A stretch of DNA of 5,191 nucleotides, taken from the IMG/VR virus record IMGVR_UViG_3300003716_000001; one strand, written 5' to 3'. The position numbers and the translations under genes are program-made. The notes under the pieces were generated by a model. That model was not told the origin of the DNA. It worked only from the letters and a program-made list of their open reading frames with translations, and did no database searches. How positions within the stretch are numbered: the first letter of the stretch is position 1; the number at the start of each line of letters is the position of its first letter. The DNA comes from a virus. This document shows positions 1 to 4,988 of this stretch, one piece after another.

Positions 1-240
1 CGCGAAAGTTTAGATATGGTTAATCGTGCAAACGATAACTTTATGCAGTTGCCAGCCGAATTAAGGCAGATGTTTGGCAACGATGCAGGAACGTTTTTTG
101 AGTTCGCAACGAACCCAGAAAACGAACAAAAAATGATCGAATTAGGACTGAAGGAGGCTCCAGTCGTAATAGAAGAAACGCCAAAAAAGGCGAAAAAGGA
201 AGCGCCCGAACCTCCCGCTCCCCAAGAAGCTGGGGAGTAG
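1..240 (+). CDS. VP3: C-terminal fragment of the VP3 internal scaffolding protein. It is the wrap-around duplicate of 4389..4628; the 5' part lies before the window start.
   Basis: Frame 1 is open from base 1 (RESLDMVNRAN...) and is identical to residues 68-146 of the 146-aa ORF at 4188..4628. Stop TAG at 238..240. Confidence 0.9.
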   Translation, partial: RESLDMVNRANDNFMQLPAELRQMFGNDAGTFFEFATNPENEQKMIELGLKEAPVVIEETPKKAKKEAPEPPAPQEAGE

Positions 241-249
241 AGGGCGCGC

Positions 250-286
250 GTGGGCACATTTACCTACTAGATGTAAATGTGCCCAC
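250..286 (+). repeat. Perfect 14-bp inverted repeat (stem-loop) in the only sizeable non-coding region. Candidate terminator or ssDNA origin structure.
   Basis: GTGGGCACATTTAC (250..263) and GTAAATGTGCCCAC (273..286) are exact reverse complements, separated by a 9-nt loop CTACTAGAT. It lies 10 nt after the VP3 stop. No T-tract follows (TGACAGTCAAAGG). A smaller 7-bp hairpin CTCCCCA/TGGGGAG lies at 218..224/231..237. Confidence 0.9.
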
Positions 287-295
287 TGACAGTCA

Positions 296-303
296 AAGGA
301 GGT
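296..303 (+). promoter_or_regulatory. Shine-Dalgarno site AAGGAGGT for the 68-aa ORF.
   Basis: AAGGAGGT sits a few nt upstream of the ATG at 309. It is the longest anti-SD complement I found in the genome. Confidence 0.8.
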
Positions 304-308
304 AAAAC

Positions 309-515
309 ATGGATAAAGTAAGATATAATTTAGTACAAGCTAAGAATAATGACGGTAAAAGTCATTGGATAAAAATAGGAATAGCCCAAAAACAGGGCGA
401 TAAGTTTTGGGTAAAAATGGATGTGTTACCAATACCAAACGAAAAAGGTGAAGTTTGGTTGAATCTTTATGAAAGGACAGATGATTATGTATCGGAAAAA
501 AATGTCGAAAGGTAA
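309..515 (+). CDS. Hypothetical 68-aa soluble protein, an orphan with no canonical Microviridae counterpart that I recognise.
   Basis: Intact ORF on the coding strand. It is preceded by AAGGAGGT with good spacing and occupies the VP3-VP4 interval, which is otherwise unassigned. No hydrophobic segment. Trp- and Lys-rich, and beta-strand-like by eye. Confidence 0.7.
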   Translation: MDKVRYNLVQAKNNDGKSHWIKIGIAQKQGDKFWVKMDVLPIPNEKGEVWLNLYERTDDYVSEKNVER

Positions 516-600
516 AAGTAAGCGGATGTTCAGCAGAACAGCAAGCAGGGTTAAGTCAAAGAATTATGCCAAGCCAATGCGCGGAGGTATTAGAACCTAA
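469..600 (+). CDS. VP8: Small, highly basic DNA-binding/packaging protein (gokushovirus VP8/ORF8-like, functional analogue of phiX174 J). Start is uncertain: ATG at 469, 481, 487 or 502.
   Basis: My own translation, below the ORF-track cutoff: (MKGQMIMYRKK)MSKGKSKRMFSRTASRVKSKNYAKPMRGGIRT*. The last 32 aa contain 11 Lys/Arg and no acidic residue. The FSRTA...MRGGIR C-terminal pattern matches what I recall for chlamydiaphage ORF8-type proteins. Stop TAA at 598..600 overlaps the VP4 ATG (TAATG). It overlaps the 3' end of the 68-aa ORF in the +1 frame. Confidence 0.75.
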   Translation: MKGQMIMYRKKMSKGKSKRMFSRTASRVKSKNYAKPMRGGIRT

Positions 601-1493
601 TGCCTTGCTACAATCCGCTAGTTGGCTACAAGCTAGACGGCAAAGTAGTATTTGATAAGCCCTTTGCCCTTGCAAAGGGCTTTAATTTAGCTTGTGGTAG
701 GTGTATTGGGTGTCGACTAGAATATAGTCGGCAATGGGCGATAAGATGCGTCCATGAAGCCCAAATGCACGATAACAATTGTTTTATAACCTTGACGTTC
801 GACAATGAGTATTTGTCGAGTCGTGAAAATCCAGCTTCGCTGGATGTAAGTGAGTTTCAGAGATTTATGAAACGATTAAGGGAAAGATATAATCATAAGA
901 TTAGATTTTTCCATTGTGGTGAATACGGCGATAAAAATAAGAGACCACATTATCATGCCTTATTGTTTGGGCATGATTTTGAAGATAAAAAGTTGTGGTC
1001 AGTAAGAGATGATATAAGGCTGTATATTAGTGAAGAATTAAAACAGCTTTGGCCGTATGGATTCCACACAATAGGAGATGTTACTTTTGAAAGTGCCGCG
1101 TATTGTGCGCGGTATGTTATGAAAAAGATAACAGGAGATAAAGCGATAGAACATTATCGCGAGGTTGATTTAGAAACAGGAGAAGTAATAAACGAAATCA
1201 AACCAGAATACTGTACCATGAGCAGGCGTCCAGGCATTGGCGCCACATGGTACGAAAAGTATGGATGGGACGATTGCCACAAACATGACTTTATTGTTGT
1301 AAATGGCAAGGAAGTAAGGCCCCCAAGATACTATGATAAGCTATGCGATGAAAAAATAATGGTTGACATTAAGAAAAAGCGTATAGAAAATATGGATGAC
1401 CCAATAATCAATTATGATAATCGTATGGATAGATTATGGGTTGAAGAAGAAGTAAAAATGAGAAAGCTAGAAAAGCTAGTAAGAAATCTTTAG
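600..1493 (+). CDS. VP4: Rolling-circle replication initiator protein, HUH endonuclease superfamily (gokushovirus VP4, analogue of phiX174 A).
   Basis: 297-aa ORF with RCR motif I FITLTF (aa 62-67), HUH motif PHYHALLFG (HYH at nt 948..956), and a two-tyrosine motif YCARYVMKK (Y168 at 1101, Y172 at 1113) comparable to the phiX174 A active-site YxxxY-KK. N-terminal Cys cluster C3 and CGRCIGC (aa 32-38). GGAGGT at 583..588 upstream. Confidence 0.93.
   Translation: MPCYNPLVGYKLDGKVVFDKPFALAKGFNLACGRCIGCRLEYSRQWAIRCVHEAQMHDNNCFITLTFDNEYLSSRENPASLDVSEFQRFMKRLRERYNHKIRFFHCGEYGDKNKRPHYHALLFGHDFEDKKLWSVRDDIRLYISEELKQLWPYGFHTIGDVTFESAAYCARYVMKKITGDKAIEHYREVDLETGEVINEIKPEYCTMSRRPGIGATWYEKYGWDDCHKHDFIVVNGKEVRPPRYYDKLCDEKIMVDIKKKRIENMDDPIINYDNRMDRLWVEEEVKMRKLEKLVRNL
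657..688 (+). terminator. Perfect 11-bp stem, 4-nt loop hairpin with a T-rich tail, embedded in VP4 codons 20-30. Intrinsic-terminator/attenuator-like or origin-like structure.
   Basis: AAGCCCTTTGC (657..667), loop CCTT, GCAAAGGGCTT (672..682) are exact reverse complements, followed by TAATTT (683..688). TTGATA sits immediately 5' at 652..657. Confidence 0.45.
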
Positions 1494-1503
1494 GAGTGTT
1501 AAG

Positions 1504-1752
1504 ATGAAGAAAGTTTATTATGCAGTTTATGACAGAAAAGCAGAAGTATATTCAACGCCTTTTCTGGAAGTAACAGATGGTACAGCGATTAGAGCGCTGC
1601 AGGAAGCAATAGCAGATGGAAATCATCCGTTTGCAAAGCATCCCGGCGATTATAGTTTACATCGTTTGGGAACATTTGAGGATACAACAGCAGAAATTGC
1701 TGTAGAAGAAAAGAAAAAAATTATAGAAGTTGAGACATTAGGAGCTAATTAA
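1504..1752 (+). CDS. VP5: VP5-like small non-structural protein of gokushoviruses (proposed ssDNA synthesis/packaging role, phiX174 C-like).
   Basis: 82-aa ORF directly downstream of VP4, as in chlamydiaphage/phiMH2K gene order. AGGAG at 1492..1496 is 7 nt before the ATG. The pattern VYD.K.E.Y..PF......A.R........HPF.KHP.DY.L..LG.F.D resembles gokushovirus VP5 sequences I recall. Confidence 0.75.
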   Translation: MKKVYYAVYDRKAEVYSTPFLEVTDGTAIRALQEAIADGNHPFAKHPGDYSLHRLGTFEDTTAEIAVEEKKKIIEVETLGAN

Positions 1753-3345
1753 ATGTTAGATAGTCGCACCGGAACATTACCAACAGTAATGAAACATGAG
1801 TTCAGCCGAGTACCGCAAGCGGATATACAACGGTCAACGTTCAACCGTAGCCACGGGTTAAAAACAACGTTTGATGCAGGTTATCTGGTACCAATATTGG
1901 TTGATGAGGTACTTCCGGGCGATACGTTTAGTGTAAACGCTATGGGGTTTGGCCGCTTGGCCACCCCAATTTATCCGATTATGGATAACTTGTATGTTGA
2001 GACATTTTTCTTTTTTGTACCAAACAGACTGATTTGGGACAATTGGGAACGTTTTAACGGCGCCCAAGATAACCCAACAGATAGTACAAGTTATTTAGTG
2101 CCACAAATTACGTTGGGTTCAGGTGTTAGCATTGCAGATAGCACATTGTTTGATTACATGGGTTTGCCAATTAATGTAAATGGAATTGCATTTAACAATT
2201 TGCATGGTAGAGCATATAATTTGATTTGGAATGAATGGTTTCGTGATGAAAACCTTCAGGATAGCGTACAAGTAGATAAGGACGATGGTCCAGATAGTAT
2301 TAATGATTATGTTTTGTTGAAGCGCGGTAAGCGGCATGATTATTTTACATCATGTTTGCCTTGGCCACAAAAGGGTGATGCAGTTAATTTGCCGTTAGGT
2401 ACTTCAGCACCCGTAATAGGTGATGGAACAAATGATATTTATCTGAATTATTCAGGTGGTAATGCAAGGTTGTCGGTTGATGGTTCAGGATTTCTGAAAG
2501 CAACAGGCCCAGCCGGCAATCAATACCCTAAATGGGGTACATTGACAACTTTTGAACAAACAGGTTTAGAAGTAGATTTGTCAACGGCAACAGCCGCAAC
2601 AATTAATGAACTGCGGGAAGCATTTCAAATTCAAAGACTGTATGAGCGCGATGCGCGAGGTGGTACACGTTACACAGAAATCCTACAAAGTCATTTTGGC
2701 GTTACATCGCCAGACGCTAGGTTGCAGCGTCCAGAATATTTGGGTGGTGGTAAATCACCTGTAGGTTTTGAAGCTGTACCACAGACAAGTAGTACAGACG
2801 CAACAACGCCACAAGGAAACTTGGCGGCCATGGCGCAAGTAGGTGTAGGAGGTCACGGGTTTACAAAGTCATTTACAGAACATGGCGTGATCATCGGTAT
2901 GGCAAATGTATTTGCAGATTTGACATATCAGCAAGGTATGAATCGTATGTGGAAACGGCGCGATCGTTGGGATTATTATTGGCCAGCGCTAGCGCATTTA
3001 GGAGAGCAAGCAGTCCTAAATGAAGAAATTTATGCACAAGGTACGTCAGCAGATACAGATGTCTTTGGATATCAAGAGAGGTACGCTGAATATCGCTACA
3101 AGCCGTCGCAAATTACAGGTAAAATGCGTAGTGCGGCGGCAGGAACGTTGGATGTTTGGCATCTTAGTCAAGATTTCAGCGCGTTACCAGTATTAAACAG
3201 TTCGTTTATCGAAGAAAATCCGCCAATCGATAGAGTAGTCGCGGTTACAAATGAGCCAGATTTTATATTTGATTGGTTTTTCAATATGAAAACAACGCGA
3301 CCGATGCCAGTGTACTCAGTGCCTGGACTAATCGACCATTTTTAG
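1753..3345 (+). CDS. VP1: Major capsid protein (Microviridae F/VP1 family).
   Basis: 530-aa ORF. N-terminal FSRVPQADIQRSTFNRSH...TTFDAGYLVPI..DEVLPGDTF, then ...RGGTRYTEILQSHFGV.SPDARLQRPEYLGGG and YQERYAEYRYKPS, are hallmark conserved blocks of Microviridae major capsid proteins. AGGAG at 1740..1744 is 8 nt before the ATG. The VP5 TAA abuts the VP1 ATG. Confidence 0.96.
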   Translation: MLDSRTGTLPTVMKHEFSRVPQADIQRSTFNRSHGLKTTFDAGYLVPILVDEVLPGDTFSVNAMGFGRLATPIYPIMDNLYVETFFFFVPNRLIWDNWERFNGAQDNPTDSTSYLVPQITLGSGVSIADSTLFDYMGLPINVNGIAFNNLHGRAYNLIWNEWFRDENLQDSVQVDKDDGPDSINDYVLLKRGKRHDYFTSCLPWPQKGDAVNLPLGTSAPVIGDGTNDIYLNYSGGNARLSVDGSGFLKATGPAGNQYPKWGTLTTFEQTGLEVDLSTATAATINELREAFQIQRLYERDARGGTRYTEILQSHFGVTSPDARLQRPEYLGGGKSPVGFEAVPQTSSTDATTPQGNLAAMAQVGVGGHGFTKSFTEHGVIIGMANVFADLTYQQGMNRMWKRRDRWDYYWPALAHLGEQAVLNEEIYAQGTSADTDVFGYQERYAEYRYKPSQITGKMRSAAAGTLDVWHLSQDFSALPVLNSSFIEENPPIDRVVAVTNEPDFIFDWFFNMKTTRPMPVYSVPGLIDHF

Positions 3346-3352
3346 GTGAAAA

Positions 3353-3520
3353 ATGAAAGCAAAATATGCAGTATATTTTGGGTTACTTAAACGCTTTGCT
3401 TTACCCATTATTATTGGAGGCCTTGTACTTTGGCTTGTTAATAATGGCTTTGGTAATTGGGCGGATATTGTATGCGACATTAGTACTAATTTAGGTGTTT
3501 ACGTAGCGGAGTGTAAATGA
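3353..3520 (+). CDS. Unannotated 55-aa small membrane protein with a single predicted TM helix. Candidate lysis or membrane-acting accessory protein.
   Basis: My own translation: MKAKYAVYFGLLKRFALPIIIGGLVLWLVNNGFGNWADIVCDISTNLGVYVAECK*. AGGTGA at 3344..3349, overlapping the VP1 stop, precedes the ATG at 3353. Stop TGA at 3518..3520 overlaps the VP2 ATG at 3517 (ATGA), so the ORF fills the 171-nt VP1-VP2 gap exactly. Basic N-terminus (K2, K4, K13, R14), hydrophobic core FALPIIIGGLVLWLV, acidic C-terminal part. Confidence 0.6.
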   Translation: MKAKYAVYFGLLKRFALPIIIGGLVLWLVNNGFGNWADIVCDISTNLGVYVAECK

Positions 3521-4191
3521 TGCTTCCATCAGCAGGAGCCATGATACAAGGTGCAGGTGCTGTTATACAAGGTTTAGCAGCTTATAAATCTGCACAGAAA
3601 CAAATGAAGTTTCAGCGGGAAATGTCTAACACCGCTGTACAACGTCAAATGGCCGACATGCGAGCGGCAGGGATAAATCCAATATTGGCTGCAAAATATG
3701 GCGGCGCAAGTACGCCAACTGGTGCAGCATATCAGGTTCCAAATATTGGGGCCGCAGCTGTTGAGGGATACAAAGGAGCCTCATCAGCAAAACAAATGCA
3801 AGAGCAAGCGAGGTTGACAGGAGTAAAAGCAGATATAGAAAAGCGTACGTTGGATTATTTAGAAAAAGAAAATTTAACGATGGCGCAAGTAATGTATACT
3901 GCAAAAAATGTATTTACGTCTAAAATGTTGGATACATTTGAAAAAGGTTTAAGCGGTAGATGGCAAGAATTACCAAATCCTTATAGAGGGATTGGTCAAT
4001 TTTTGCATAAAGAATTCAGGGACGCTGGAATGATATCACAAAGAGGCGAGGTGATGTCAATTTCAGGCGAAGGTTTAGGTAATTTAATTGCAAAAGCTGT
4101 TAAATTAGCAAGTGATGCAGGCGTGCAAGCAGTTACAGAAACAGGTCGCGGAATTATAGATGCAATTGCAGATAGGATAATGAAGAAATGA
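3517..4191 (+). CDS. VP2: Minor capsid / DNA pilot protein (gokushovirus VP2, phiX174 H analogue).
   Basis: 224-aa ORF downstream of VP1. Gly/Ala-rich N-terminus and the block FQREMSNTAVQRQMADMRAAGINPILA resemble the conserved VP2 motif I recall (..QR...D...AG.NP.LA). GGAG at 3508..3511 is 5 nt before the ATG. Confidence 0.85.
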   Translation: MMLPSAGAMIQGAGAVIQGLAAYKSAQKQMKFQREMSNTAVQRQMADMRAAGINPILAAKYGGASTPTGAAYQVPNIGAAAVEGYKGASSAKQMQEQARLTGVKADIEKRTLDYLEKENLTMAQVMYTAKNVFTSKMLDTFEKGLSGRWQELPNPYRGIGQFLHKEFRDAGMISQRGEVMSISGEGLGNLIAKAVKLASDAGVQAVTETGRGIIDAIADRIMKK

Positions 4192-4628
4192 CAAATAAAT
4201 TCAAAACAGGATATGTAGAGCGCAAGCGAGTTCAAACGAAGCCGGAAGGCGAAAGTTTGACACAGCAGCACTTCGCGAAAGAAGCGGATGTGCGTAATAT
4301 TATTAAGCAATATGACCGGACAGGGTTAATTGCAAATGTAGCGCGCGGTGTCGCGCAATATGGCGATTATTCGGAAATTAACGAATATCGCGAAAGTTTA
4401 GATATGGTTAATCGTGCAAACGATAACTTTATGCAGTTGCCAGCCGAATTAAGGCAGATGTTTGGCAACGATGCAGGAACGTTTTTTGAGTTCGCAACGA
4501 ACCCAGAAAACGAACAAAAAATGATCGAATTAGGACTGAAGGAGGCTCCAGTCGTAATAGAAGAAACGCCAAAAAAGGCGAAAAAGGAAGCGCCCGAACC
4601 TCCCGCTCCCCAAGAAGCTGGGGAGTAG
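4188..4628 (+). CDS. VP3: Internal scaffolding protein (gokushovirus VP3), full-length copy.
   Basis: 146-aa ORF whose ATG overlaps the VP2 stop (ATGA at 4188..4191). The block QQHFAKEADVRNIIKQYDRTGLI...YGDYSE...EYRESLDMVNRANDNFMQLPAELRQMFGNDAGTFFEF..NPEN...LGL matches the conserved gokushovirus scaffold pattern I recall. Charged, Pro-rich tail. Confidence 0.88.
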   Translation: MTNKFKTGYVERKRVQTKPEGESLTQQHFAKEADVRNIIKQYDRTGLIANVARGVAQYGDYSEINEYRESLDMVNRANDNFMQLPAELRQMFGNDAGTFFEFATNPENEQKMIELGLKEAPVVIEETPKKAKKEAPEPPAPQEAGE

Positions 4629-4637
4629 AGGGCGCGC

Positions 4638-4674
4638 GTGGGCACATTTACCTACTAGATGTAAATGTGCCCAC
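4638..4674 (+). repeat. Second written copy of the 14-bp stem-loop (same as 250..286).
   Basis: GTGGGCACATTTAC at 4638..4651 and GTAAATGTGCCCAC at 4661..4674. Same locus in the circular genome. Confidence 0.9.
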
Positions 4675-4696
4675 TGACAGTCAAAGGAGGTAAAAC

Positions 4697-4903
4697 ATGG
4701 ATAAAGTAAGATATAATTTAGTACAAGCTAAGAATAATGACGGTAAAAGTCATTGGATAAAAATAGGAATAGCCCAAAAACAGGGCGATAAGTTTTGGGT
4801 AAAAATGGATGTGTTACCAATACCAAACGAAAAAGGTGAAGTTTGGTTGAATCTTTATGAAAGGACAGATGATTATGTATCGGAAAAAAATGTCGAAAGG
4901 TAA
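4697..4903 (+). CDS. Second written copy of the 68-aa hypothetical protein (same as 309..515).
   Basis: Identical translation in the ORF track, offset 4388. Confidence 0.7.
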   Translation: MDKVRYNLVQAKNNDGKSHWIKIGIAQKQGDKFWVKMDVLPIPNEKGEVWLNLYERTDDYVSEKNVER

Positions 4904-4988
4904 AAGTAAGCGGATGTTCAGCAGAACAGCAAGCAGGGTTAAGTCAAAGAATTATGCCAAGCCAATGCGCGGAGGTATTAGAACCTAA
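4857..4988 (+). CDS. VP8: Second written copy of the VP8/J-like basic protein (same as 469..600).
   Basis: Identical sequence at offset 4388. TAATG junction with VP4 at 4986..4990. Confidence 0.75.
   Translation: MKGQMIMYRKKMSKGKSKRMFSRTASRVKSKNYAKPMRGGIRT

Larger units (their letters stand above)
1..803. repeat. Terminal redundancy, copy 1. Same sequence as 4389..5191; a circular genome written past its own start.
   Basis: Bases 1-60 match 4389-4448 and 743-803 match 5131-5191 by direct reading. All ORF-track translations in the two blocks are identical (74-aa tail of the 146-aa ORF, the 68-aa ORF, the 72-aa minus-strand ORF), with a constant offset of 4388. Confidence 0.95.

Noticed and set aside
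41-259. Minus-strand ORFs from the track: 41..259 and its copy 4429..4647, 1858..2067, 2119..2337, 3626..3904, 3996..4310, 4367..4645.
   Set aside because: Each lies entirely antisense to a well-supported + strand gene (VP3, VP1, VP2). None has an SD-like site that I could find. The products are low-complexity, Leu/Ser/Phe-rich shadow translations. Known Microviridae transcribe one strand only.
250-286. The intergenic palindrome as a dif-like XerC/XerD site, a possible route to lysogeny since dif-flanked gokushovirus prophages have been described in enterobacteria.
   Set aside because: Only partial similarity by eye: ATGTAAA resembles the XerD-arm core of some dif sites. The arm and spacer geometry (14-bp arms, 9-nt spacer) does not fit the 11-6-11 layout, and the left arm matches E. 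coli dif poorly. It is worth a formal motif scan but is not supportable from reading alone.
324-329. A perfect TATAAT hexamer, and TTGACA hexamers at 3814..3819 and 4257..4262, as promoters.
   Set aside because: TATAAT lies inside the 68-aa ORF with only GGTAAA at the -35 position. The TTGACA at 3814 has its best -10 (TATAGA) at a 14-nt spacing. The TTGACA at 4257 has no -10-like hexamer at 16-18 nt. Isolated hexamers are expected by chance in AT-leaning DNA.
496-502. The A7 run (GAAAAAAAT) at the ORF68/VP8 overlap as a programmed frameshift or transcriptional slippage site fusing ORF68 to the basic tail.
   Set aside because: Fusion would need a +1 shift or a one-base deletion. A7 is short for efficient slippage. 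The basic ORF has its own in-frame ATGs, and I saw no stimulatory structure downstream.
1-803. The 803-nt direct repeats as biological LTRs, a mobile-element boundary or a gene duplication.
   Set aside because: The repeat cuts two genes at the window edges, and the offset equals a plausible microvirus genome length. One full gene set lies between the copies. Wrap-around of a circular genome is the simpler explanation.
2293-2307. GATAGTATTAATGAT, resembling the phiX174 origin core GATATTAATAAC.
   Set aside because: Only an AT-rich 7-mer (TATTAAT) is shared. It lies inside VP1 with no flanking similarity or associated structure.
2986-2995. The 10-bp palindrome GCGCTAGCGC inside VP1, and similar short GC palindromes (GCCATGGC near 2828, GCGCG-N6-CGCGC at 4341..4356).
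   Set aside because: Several palindromes of this size are expected by chance in 4.4 kb. There is no flanking structure or positional logic.
3366-3494. An alternative 42-aa hydrophobic ORF in the +1 frame of the VP1-VP2 gap as the real gene.
   Set aside because: Its ATG is 16 nt from the only SD-like element and its stop has no coupling to VP2, while the 3353..3520 frame has both. It is kept as a caveat, because T-rich DNA yields hydrophobic peptides in several frames.
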